Assembly (NCBI GenBank): GCA_038061275.1
Contig: JBBTZQ010000006.1
Coordinates: 1 to 12,361 of the forward strand
Reading direction: 5' to 3'
Length of the DNA: 12,361 bases
Source of the DNA: Patescibacteria group bacterium
GTDB taxonomy: Bacteria; Patescibacteriota; Minisyncoccia; Phycocordibacterales; UBA1550
Under the pieces are notes generated by a model that was given only the letters and a program-made list of their open reading frames with translations, searched no databases and was not told the DNA's origin. Positions 4,638 through 11,038 of the stretch are shown here, piece after piece (position 1 is the first letter of the stretch; each line of letters opens with the position of its first letter). The position numbers were made by a program, and so were the translations under genes.

Positions 4638-4770
4638 TGCCCAGGAGAGGACTTGAAAGACGGAGGCGGTATACAAGACGAGCAAAGCGAGTGCTTGTCG
4701 CCGAGTCGGGGTCGAGAGTACTTATGAGCGTAGCGAATTAGTAACTCGTGACCAAGTCCTTCGCATGCTC
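4638..4770 (+). ncRNA. Copy A2 of the tRNA-linked structured module, preceded by a perfect inverted copy of the tRNA-Leu T-loop-to-discriminator and followed by a degenerate direct copy
   Basis: 4638-4657 tgcccaggagaggacttgaa is the 20/20 reverse complement of tRNA 4208-4227. The core 4658-4752 aligns to A1. The right bracket ccaagtccttcgcatgctc (4752-4770) is decayed. Confidence 0.5.
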
Positions 4771-4815
4771 AACAAAAGTTGCCGAACGCAAAAGCGTTCG
4801 GCGACTTTTGTTTTT
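4771..4815 (+). terminator. Hairpin T4 (19-bp stem with one U.G, AAAA loop) followed by T-tract
   Basis: aacaaaagttgccgaacgc (4771-4789) / gcgttcggcgacttttgtt (4794-4812), then ttt. The core ccgaacgc/gcgttcgg is shared with T1 and T3. Confidence 0.7.
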
Positions 4816-4823
4816 GGGAGGAG

Positions 4824-4857
4824 AAAAAACTCCCCGAACGGCGTACCGTTCAGGGAG
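4824..4857 (-). terminator. Rho-independent terminator of the CDF gene (minus strand)
   Basis: On the minus strand: ctccctgaacgg-tacg-ccgttcggggag, then tttttt. The single irregular pair is G.U only on the minus strand (C x A on the plus strand). Confidence 0.75.
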
Positions 4858-4873
4858 TGAGTTTTTCAAACTG

Positions 4874-5575
4874 TTAATGATGGTGGTCGTGTCCGTGATA
4901 ATCGTGACCATGACCGAACCAAATTTTCTTCGCAGTATAGAGCATATACAGCGTGAGAATAAAGAGAAGTCCGAAGTCCATCCATTTGAGAGCCTGAGCG
5001 TAGAGCTCTTGGTCAAAAGGAAGCATTGTCCCAAGCAGAGCGAATCCTCCAATGATTGCGATGAGCCCACTATGGAACATATCGTATTTCGCGTGTGCGA
5101 TGATTGCTATTAAGCGCGGGTTAAGACCGAGGTGGTGTTTTGCCCGAGCCAGCATCTTCCAGCGGAGTGCATGAATTGCTGTTGCCAAAACGCAAACAGC
5201 GACAATCGCGAAGGGAACCACGCGGTACGTGCCTTCGGTCAAGCGCTCAACCGCATGCATACCGACCGCAACTGCTCCTATCGCAAAAACGGCGACAAGT
5301 ACTTTTATTCCGACCTTTTCGATGACATCTGAATTCCCCATCCTTCGAGCCATGATGACTGTAAAGAAGCCTAGGAAGTCCATTGATGCATCAAACAGAG
5401 CATGAAGTGCATCTGATGCTACCGCCATACTCGCGTAGTAGCCGACCGCCCATTGAACAAGTCCTGAAAAAAGAGCGAGTGTTCCCACTGCAAGATAGAG
5501 CGGAGCCTCACAGATACAAGGTGCGTTAGGTGTGGGACAATCATCGAGATGTCCCGTTCTGAGAAAGGACATCAT
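4874..5575 (-). CDS. Cation diffusion facilitator (CDF) family divalent-metal efflux transporter, membrane domain only, His-rich C-terminal tail
   Basis: Six predicted hydrophobic helices. HxxxD motifs occur in the helix-2 region (DALHALFDA) and the helix-5 region (HAKYDMFHS), which is typical of Zn-type CDF site A. The C-terminus is HGHDYHGHDHHH and the N-terminus is CPTPNAPCIC. GGAGGT (5586-5581) lies 5 nt upstream of ATG 5575. Confidence 0.85.
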   Translation of the reverse strand: MMSFLRTGHLDDCPTPNAPCICEAPLYLAVGTLALFSGLVQWAVGYYASMAVASDALHALFDASMDFLGFFTVIMARRMGNSDVIEKVGIKVLVAVFAIGAVAVGMHAVERLTEGTYRVVPFAIVAVCVLATAIHALRWKMLARAKHHLGLNPRLIAIIAHAKYDMFHSGLIAIIGGFALLGTMLPFDQELYAQALKWMDFGLLFILTLYMLYTAKKIWFGHGHDYHGHDHHH

Positions 5576-5619
5576 AGTAAACCTCCGATTGTGAAGTTAC
5601 AAAAAAGAAACCTGCCGTA

Positions 5620-5647
5620 ACTATAGCACAAAAATACCTATTGTCAA
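5620..5647 (-). promoter_or_regulatory. Putative promoter of the CDF gene (TTGACA-16-TGcTATAGT)
   Basis: Read on the minus strand: TTGACA (5647-5642), 16-nt spacer ending TGC, TATAGT (5625-5620). The predicted 5' UTR is about 38 nt and contains the SD. Confidence 0.55.
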
Positions 5648-5669
5648 TTGCTTCAAAACCTGTTACTAT
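5641..5669 (+). promoter_or_regulatory. Putative divergent promoter (TTGTCA-17-TACTAT) whose -35 overlaps the CDF -35; it would drive the leader plus tRNA-His
   Basis: -35 5641-5646, 17-nt spacer, -10 5664-5669. I could not find a better promoter closer to tRNA-His. Confidence 0.4.
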
Positions 5670-5786
5670 GGATTGATATTCAAGGAGGGCTCGACACATG
5701 CGACCCTTTTCTGATATAACAGATGAACCAGAATTTTTTGATTGACCAACAAAACTCTGGAATTTGTGTTTGTGGGTATATAACAT

Positions 5787-5859
5787 GGTGGCTATGGTGT
5801 AACGGTTAACACTAGAGCTTGTGGAGCTCTCAATCAGGGTTCGATTCCCTGTAGCCACC
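5787..5859 (+). tRNA. tRNA-His (anticodon GTG) with genome-encoded G-1 and C73, CCA not encoded
   Basis: G-1 (5787) pairs with C73 (5859). Acceptor GTGGCTA/TAGCCAC, anticodon arm AGAGC-TTGTGGA-GCTCT, T-arm CAGGG-TTCGATT-CCCTG. Confidence 0.95.
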
Positions 5860-5866
5860 CAAGAAC

Positions 5867-5900
5867 AAAAAAGACCAGCATTGGAATGCCGGTCTTTTTT
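5867..5900. terminator. Bidirectional rho-independent terminator between tRNA-His (+) and the small membrane protein gene (-)
   Basis: aaaaaagaccagcatt-gg-aatgccggtctttttt, with A6/T6 on both sides. The single A x C mismatch on the + strand becomes G.U on the - strand. Confidence 0.75.
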
Positions 5901-5917
5901 GTGCTCTCTTCGGGGGT

Positions 5918-5945
5918 GGAGCAAGCAAGCTATTTTGCTCGCTTC
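5918..5945 (+). repeat. Small hairpin H3, homologous to H1 downstream of tRNA-Val
   Basis: gagcaagcaa (5919-5928) is identical to 807-816. The stem is 5918-5928/5935-5945 with one mismatch. It is preceded by gggggtgg (5912-5919), which mirrors the tRNA-His acceptor end ccaccc. Confidence 0.6.
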
Positions 5946-5951
5946 GTATCA

Positions 5952-6101
5952 CTAAAGAATCTTTTTATCTTTTATAAATTTTGCCAACATAAGGCTAATT
6001 GCTATAGCGAGAAGAATATGGATGAATCCGCCGATGGTGTAAGATGTGATCAAGCCGAGGAGCCAGAGAATAATTAAGATGACTGCAATTCTGGTTAACA
6101 T
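5952..6101 (-). CDS. Small (49 aa) lmo0937-family-like two-helix membrane protein; below the ORF-track length cutoff
   Basis: Minus-strand translation is MLTRIAVILIILWLLGLITSYTIGGFIHILLAIAISLMLAKFIKDKKIL. The ILWLLG...GGFIHILL pattern matches my memory of the lmo0937 family. It is followed by the terminator 5867-5900. No obvious SD. Confidence 0.6.
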   Translation of the reverse strand: MLTRIAVILIILWLLGLITSYTIGGFIHILLAIAISLMLAKFIKDKKIL

Positions 6102-6183
6102 AAAATTAATTGGTTAAAGTAGTATGGCCACTTAATGCCATTAGCCAAATTCAGTATAGCACGCCTAAGATTTACAAATTATT

Positions 6184-6498
6184 ATGAAAAACATCACCCC
6201 TGCTGAAGCCGACAAAATTTTGAAGGAAGATAAGAATGCGATACTTGTTGATGTGCGAACGAAAGACGAGGTGTCTGAAATTTCTGTTCCTGACGCAAAG
6301 CACATTCCGCTTGATGAACTTGCTGGGCGCCTCGGAGAAATTAAAAATTTTTCACACGTCCTTTTTCTCTGTCGTTCGGGGGGACGAAGTGCTGAGGCTT
6401 GCTCAATCGCAGAATCAGCAGGCTTTTCAAACGTAATGAATGTGGCGGGCGGGATTATTGCATGGGAGAAGGCGGGACTCCTTGTGGCAAAGGGATAG
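6184..6498 (+). CDS. Single-domain rhodanese-like sulfurtransferase
   Basis: ILVDVRTKDE...IP, active-site loop CRSGGRS, and the C-terminal GGIIAWEKAG motif. Confidence 0.88.
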   Translation: MKNITPAEADKILKEDKNAILVDVRTKDEVSEISVPDAKHIPLDELAGRLGEIKNFSHVLFLCRSGGRSAEACSIAESAGFSNVMNVAGGIIAWEKAGLLVAKG

Positions 6499-6526
6499 TG
6501 TGGCATTATATAGACAGTGAGAAATT

Positions 6527-6556
6527 TTGTGAATAACGCATTATTCAGGTTATACT
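6527..6556 (+). promoter_or_regulatory. Putative promoter of uppP (TTGTGA-18-TATACT); the -10 ends 7 nt before the ATG
   Basis: -35 6527-6532, -10 6551-6556, then gaatttc and ATG 6564. No SD. Confidence 0.4.
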
Positions 6557-6563
6557 GAATTTC

Positions 6564-7352
6564 ATGGATACACACCTCATTTCTATATCGGTCATTGAGG
6601 GGCTGACAGAATTTTTGCCAATTTCTTCTACTGCGCACCTCATAATTGCAGCAAAACTGTATGCCGTAGATCTCACTGATGCATATATTAAATTCTACCT
6701 GCTGTTCATTCAGCTTGGAGCTCTTGCCGCGGGCGTTTTTATTTTTGCCAAAAGGATATTCACGGACAGAACACTTTTTGTAAATATTTGCATCAGCTTT
6801 ATCCCGAGCGCTGCTATCGGTTTTCTGTTCTATAAATTATTCAAAAAATTGCTCGAAGGCAACATGCTCGTGCTTGCGCTCGCACTTCTAATCGGCGGTA
6901 TCATATTCATTTATCTCGAAAAGGTGTTTATGCGAAAGGGGGGCATCGAAAACATACAGGATTTCGGCAAGAGTGAGATAACAAAGACAGATGCCTTCAT
7001 TGTGGGACTCGCACAAGCGGTAGCAATCATTCCTGGTGTTTCTCGCTCGGGTGCGACCATTGTTGCAGGTATCCTTCGGGGGATTAAGAGAGAGGTTATT
7101 TTCGAATATACGTTCATTTTGGCGCTTCCTACGCTAGGGGTGGCGGTTCTCTATGATGCGTACAAATCGAGGGACATGCTTTCAAGCATCAACTCATATG
7201 GAGATTTGCTCCTTGGTTTCGCGGTGGCATTTGTAGTCGCAAGTATAACTCTTTTCATTTTGAAAAAATATCTTTCAAGAATATCGCTTACATTCTTTGG
7301 TTGGTATCGCATTATCCTCGCTTTTTTCGTACTCGCTTTCTTTGTTATATAA
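6564..7352 (+). CDS. uppP: Undecaprenyl-diphosphate phosphatase (BacA/UppP)
   Basis: Motifs GLTEFLPISSTAHL and PGVSRSGATI in a polytopic membrane protein of typical length (262 aa). Confidence 0.93.
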   Translation: MDTHLISISVIEGLTEFLPISSTAHLIIAAKLYAVDLTDAYIKFYLLFIQLGALAAGVFIFAKRIFTDRTLFVNICISFIPSAAIGFLFYKLFKKLLEGNMLVLALALLIGGIIFIYLEKVFMRKGGIENIQDFGKSEITKTDAFIVGLAQAVAIIPGVSRSGATIVAGILRGIKREVIFEYTFILALPTLGVAVLYDAYKSRDMLSSINSYGDLLLGFAVAFVVASITLFILKKYLSRISLTFFGWYRIILAFFVLAFFVI

Positions 7353-7371
7353 TTGGTAGTACAATGAGAAT

Positions 7372-7773
7372 ATGAAACACGGATTTAAAGAAAATATTGA
7401 AAAGCTGACGCTCGAAAATTCAGACTTTCGGCACATTCTCTATACAGGAGAACATTCTCAGCTCGTACTCATGTCGCTTCTTCCGAGAGAGGAAATCGGA
7501 CTCGAAACGCACGAAGGGATTGATCAATTTTTTCGATTTGAGCAAGGGCAAGGAAGAGTAATCATTAACGACGTTACATACGATGCCGCTGATGGAGATG
7601 CAATAATCGTTCCATCTGGCTCACAACACAATGTTATCAATATGTCTGATACGACAGACCTCAAATTTTACACGATATATTCTCCTGCACATCACAAGGA
7701 CGGTATGGTTCGCAAGACAAAGACGGAAGCAGAAGCAAGCGACCCAGAGTTCGAAGGTAAAACGACAGAATAG
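7372..7773 (+). CDS. Cupin-domain protein (cupin_2 type), function unknown
   Basis: ETHEGIDQFFRFEQGQG...GDAIIVPSGSQHNVIN shows the two cupin motifs. The length is 133 aa. Confidence 0.85.
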   Translation: MKHGFKENIEKLTLENSDFRHILYTGEHSQLVLMSLLPREEIGLETHEGIDQFFRFEQGQGRVIINDVTYDAADGDAIIVPSGSQHNVINMSDTTDLKFYTIYSPAHHKDGMVRKTKTEAEASDPEFEGKTTE

Positions 7774-7830
7774 CGATGCTCACACTTAGCGAATGCCATA
7801 CAAGGACGACTGTGAACGCTTGAAATAAAT

Positions 7831-8922
7831 ATGTTTGAAAATGTTAAAAATTTTTTGACCGCGCACCAAAGAGTGGCGTCTTTTTCTGCTATTTTTTTAG
7901 GATTCATTGTGGACAGCCTTACGCTTCCGCGCGTTGATGTTCTGTGGGGAAATATTCTCCTCCTCTTCTATATTGTTGTTGCGGCAACGAGCATATACTT
8001 CATCAATTTAGGGTATTATGCGAGAACGAAAAGCGCGATACAGGAACGCATGATGCCGTTTCTTCCTTTTCTTATACAATTTTCATTTGGCGCTCTTTTT
8101 AGTGGTTACTTTATTTTTTATGCACGTAGCGCCTCTCTCGGAGCGAGCACAATATTCTTGCTCATGCTTGTAGTACTCCTTTTTGGTAATGAATTCTTTA
8201 AGAGTCGTTATCAGAGACTCGAATTTCAAACGAGCATATTGTTTTTGGCAATTTTCTTCTTCGCAATATTTTATACTCCTATCGTCATGAAAGAGATTGG
8301 CGCGAGTGTCTTTATCTTGAGCGGTGTCGTGAGCCTACTCATCATCGGCGTTTTTTTATTTTTTGTCTCGCGCGCTCTGGGCCAAGCGTTTTGGAGTATA
8401 GAGAAGGTAATATTCAGAAGCATACTCGGGGTATATTTATTCTTAAATATTCTGTATTTTACAAACATAATTCCTCCCATCCCGCTTTCGCTTAAAGAAT
8501 CAGGTGTTTATCATAATCTTGTAAAAACGACGGACGGGACGTACCTTGTATTGTCTCCGCATCACGCATGGTATGATCTCAAGGAAATATATTATCCGGT
8601 GTTCAAGCGATATCAAGGTGAGCCAGCTTACTTTTTCTCGGCGGTGTTTTCGCCTACAGACCTTAACACAAAAGTCTTGCACGAGTGGCAGTATTTTGAT
8701 GAAGAAAAAAGAGAATGGACAACGACTGACAGATTGCGTATGGAGATTATCGGTGGGCGCGAGGGTGGATATCGAGGATACTCGATGAAGCAAAGCTTGG
8801 TTCCCGGAAATTATCGAGTAAACGTAGTGACTTTACGCGGACAGATTCTCGGTCGCACGAACTTCAGTGTAATTAATGTCGCCGAGAAGCAAAATCTTGA
8901 GATGAGAACACTTGGGGAGTAG
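7831..8922 (+). CDS. Polytopic membrane protein with a C-terminal soluble domain resembling DUF2914
   Basis: About 7 hydrophobic helices in the N-terminal 210 aa. The C-terminal HEWQYFDEEKREW...IIGGREGGYRGYS...PGNYRVNVVTLRGQILGRTNFSV resembles the DUF2914 pattern from memory; this family assignment is unverified. Confidence 0.8.
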   Translation: MFENVKNFLTAHQRVASFSAIFLGFIVDSLTLPRVDVLWGNILLLFYIVVAATSIYFINLGYYARTKSAIQERMMPFLPFLIQFSFGALFSGYFIFYARSASLGASTIFLLMLVVLLFGNEFFKSRYQRLEFQTSILFLAIFFFAIFYTPIVMKEIGASVFILSGVVSLLIIGVFLFFVSRALGQAFWSIEKVIFRSILGVYLFLNILYFTNIIPPIPLSLKESGVYHNLVKTTDGTYLVLSPHHAWYDLKEIYYPVFKRYQGEPAYFFSAVFSPTDLNTKVLHEWQYFDEEKREWTTTDRLRMEIIGGREGGYRGYSMKQSLVPGNYRVNVVTLRGQILGRTNFSVINVAEKQNLEMRTLGE

Positions 8923-8970
8923 CATTTTTTCATCGTCTATATTTGGTTTTGGTGACAGCGTCTATATGAT

Positions 8971-9837
8971 ATGATTAGAATCATGAAGACATTTTTTGAA
9001 ACATTCACAAAGACGATATATGACCCAGCATTTTACAGGAGTGTTGCAGAAGCTCCACTAAAAGAAGCTTTGGTTTTTTATGTAAAGGTCGCGTTGTTCC
9101 TCGCAACAGTAATGACCATTATTTTCACGATCGTTCTCGTACCGCAGGGAATACGTTTTGTTAAGGAGCGCGCGCCAATCTTGGTAAAGCAGTATTACCC
9201 AGAACAGCTTGTGGTAAGGATAGACAAAGGCGAGGCCTCAGTGAATGTTTCCGAACCGTATATTGTATTAAATAAAGCAGAAGCGCCACAGGCGATGAGC
9301 GAAAAACCGGTAAAAAACCTAATCGTCATCGACACCCGAAGCGATTTTGAAACTAAAAAATTCAATGAGTACGACACTTTTGCGCTTCTTACAAAACATG
9401 AGTTTGCCACAAGGGATGATAATGGAAAGATAACAATACAGAACTTGAGCGGATTTCCTTCGGTTGTTATTGATCAAGCAAAACTTCTTTCGTGGGGTGA
9501 AAAGATTATGAACTCGCTCACCGTAGTTGTTCCTCTTGGAATCACCCTCACTCTGTTCCTGCTTTTTATGGGGTTTATAATATACATCATCCCGCTTCTC
9601 TTGTTTGCCCTAATTCCTTATTTTGTGGCGAAGCTAAAAAAGATGTCGCTCACCTACAGCGGTGCATACAAAATGAGTCTGTATGCAGTAGTTCCTGCGC
9701 TCGCGCTCAAAACACTTTTGAACATCAGTGGATTTATGTTTATTCCTGCATATTTCACTCTTCTCATCTTTATTCTTATCGTTACACTGAACATGCGCGA
9801 AACAGAGCCAGAGCAGTCAAAATTATTTGAGAATTAG
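8971..9837 (+). CDS. Polytopic membrane protein, DUF1189-like
   Basis: The N-terminus FFETFTKTIYDPAFYRSV followed by a TM helix, a central soluble segment and C-terminal TM helices resembles DUF1189 (YvdJ-like) from memory. An alternative start exists at 8983. Confidence 0.8.
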   Translation: MIRIMKTFFETFTKTIYDPAFYRSVAEAPLKEALVFYVKVALFLATVMTIIFTIVLVPQGIRFVKERAPILVKQYYPEQLVVRIDKGEASVNVSEPYIVLNKAEAPQAMSEKPVKNLIVIDTRSDFETKKFNEYDTFALLTKHEFATRDDNGKITIQNLSGFPSVVIDQAKLLSWGEKIMNSLTVVVPLGITLTLFLLFMGFIIYIIPLLLFALIPYFVAKLKKMSLTYSGAYKMSLYAVVPALALKTLLNISGFMFIPAYFTLLIFILIVTLNMRETEPEQSKLFEN

Positions 9838-9843
9838 AATATT

Positions 9844-9864
9844 TTCAAAACACCCGCTTTTGAA
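9844..9864. terminator. Weak AT-rich hairpin between convergent genes (possible bidirectional terminator)
   Basis: ttcaaaa-cacccgc-ttttgaa, a 7-bp A/T stem with no strong GC core. Confidence 0.3.
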
Positions 9865-9867
9865 TTA

Positions 9868-10308
9868 TTAAGAGGGTAGAGAGGTCTTTCGGTAAATCAT
9901 TACAGCGAGGATAAAAAGAAGAGCAGAGACCCCCGCAGAGACGAGACAGAAGATACAAAATGCTTTTATGACAAATGCTTGTAGATACACAAAGTATGCA
10001 GACGAAATGAATCCGAGCGTTGCGATGGGGAGAATAAGTCGCGCGAAAAGAACTCTTTTGGTATCGAGATAAAGAATTGCGAGAAATCCGATAATCAAAT
10101 AAAACGCCATGCCGTACGCTGAAAGAGGAATGCCAAGGAATGCCGAATATGGAGATTTGTCCACAGTGTCACACCCAGAGAAGCCCAAGGCGCAAGGGAT
10201 AGGCGCTCCAGATAGGCGTTTAGCGAGGAGGTAAGACGAGTCGGCAAAGCCGATGAATGAAAGGAGAATAATAGACCCGATCAAAAATGTCGAAAGTCGT
10301 TTATCCAT
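9868..10308 (-). CDS. Vitamin K epoxide reductase (VKOR) family membrane protein (DsbB-type function)
   Basis: Loop cysteines C..GFSGC and SPYS..GIP, plus the CIFC (CxxC) motif in the last helix region. About 4 hydrophobic helices. Confidence 0.88.
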   Translation of the reverse strand: MDKRLSTFLIGSIILLSFIGFADSSYLLAKRLSGAPIPCALGFSGCDTVDKSPYSAFLGIPLSAYGMAFYLIIGFLAILYLDTKRVLFARLILPIATLGFISSAYFVYLQAFVIKAFCIFCLVSAGVSALLFILAVMIYRKTSLPS

Positions 10309-10960
10309 TAGATTCGGCGACAGCAGACTTTATGAGCGCTTTAAATTCATCAGGGCTTTTTGGGTTCGCCATTTTTTTGCCATTCAAATAAAATGTAGGG
10401 GTTGAGCTGATGCCGGATTTTAGTCCTGTCTCTTTGTCATGCTCTACTGCATCTTTGGTTGCTTGGGAGTCGCGGTCTGATTTAAATTTCGCAATATCGA
10501 GCTTGAGTTCGGTTGCGTATCCTTCAAATATTGATTCTGCGGTCGTGGAGTCCGACCAATCGTTTTGGTGTTCAAAGATGAGTCGATGCATTTCCCAGAA
10601 TTTACCCTGGGTCCCTGCTGCTTCTGATGCATATGCTGCGGCGAGGGCATTTTTGTGCTGGGGAAGAGGAAAATGTCGGTACGTGAAAGTGAGATTACCC
10701 TCGTTTTCTTTCAAAACTTCTTCAACAACAGAATGATAATATCCACATGCAGGGCATTGGAAGTCGCTGTATTCAACGAGAGAAACTGTTGGCAGGGAAG
10801 CACCTTTTGTCCACTCATCCGAACCGACTTGTTCAGAAAGAGTTCCAGTGGTTACGCGAGCAGGCTTTTCTCCTGTGGCAATTTGCCATACGGCGACAAT
10901 CGTAATACCCACAATTAATAACGAAGAAACCCAAATAATGACCCTTTTTTGTGTATCCAT
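10301..10960 (-). CDS. DsbA-family thiol:disulfide oxidoreductase with N-terminal membrane anchor
   Basis: Thioredoxin-fold CPAC active site (YSDFQCPACGYYH) and an N-terminal TM helix. The stop overlaps the VKOR start by 8 nt (ATGGATAA). I prefer ATG 10960 (MDTQKR...) over the TTG at 10978 used by the ORF track. Confidence 0.88.
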   Translation of the reverse strand: MDTQKRVIIWVSSLLIVGITIVAVWQIATGEKPARVTTGTLSEQVGSDEWTKGASLPTVSLVEYSDFQCPACGYYHSVVEEVLKENEGNLTFTYRHFPLPQHKNALAAAYASEAAGTQGKFWEMHRLIFEHQNDWSDSTTAESIFEGYATELKLDIAKFKSDRDSQATKDAVEHDKETGLKSGISSTPTFYLNGKKMANPKSPDEFKALIKSAVAESNG

Positions 10961-11038
10961 AATAGAGCATGATAACAATGTTAATGGAGTAGAGCAAGCC
11001 TATTCGCCCACAAGGATGTTTTCGTGTACAATAATCCC

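Noticed and set aside
4228-4823. CRISPR array as an explanation for the regularly spaced repeats after tRNA-Leu
   Set aside because: The repeats alternate in orientation and form palindromes with each other. The would-be spacers are themselves repeated (modules A1 and A2), and the period (~180 nt) is far too long. No cas genes or leader are present.
4181-5113. Track ORFs 4181..4363 (+), 4209..4412 (-), 4526..4741 (+), 4738..5070 (-) and 4748..5113 (+)
   Set aside because: They run through tRNA-Leu, the hairpin array, or antisense to the CDF gene. Several use non-ATG starts without an SD. Open frames on both strands are expected by chance in palindromic, GC-richer repeats.
5541-6077. Track ORFs 5541..5924 (-) and 5886..6077 (+)
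   Set aside because: The first spans the promoter region and runs antisense through tRNA-His. The second overlaps the better-supported minus-strand 49-aa membrane protein gene and starts inside a terminator.
6165-6638. 157-aa minus-strand ORF antisense to the rhodanese gene and the uppP start
   Set aside because: It is fully shadowed by two recognisable + strand genes, and I see no family resemblance. It is a typical antisense shadow ORF. The same applies to the other short antisense ORFs inside uppS, rluA, rplS, the DUF2914-like gene, the dsbA-like gene and pgi.
8933-8966. 9-bp direct repeat cgtctatat (8933-8941 and 8958-8966) upstream of the DUF1189-like gene as a possible operator
   Set aside because: It is a short AT-rich repeat present only twice, with no palindromic symmetry and no nearby regulator gene. 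It cannot be distinguished from chance.
760-11013. 10-nt exact match to the tRNA-Val 3' end plus flank (tcgcccacaa, 754-763) at 11004-11013, next to gagcaagc (10992-10999), as a possible distal att site of a tRNA-Val-integrated island
   Set aside because: The interval contains core housekeeping genes (uppS, rplS, uppP, three tRNAs) and no integrase, so an island is implausible. A 10-mer match in about 24 kb of two-strand sequence is not very improbable. It may be a decayed relic of the same repeat family, but the evidence is too thin.
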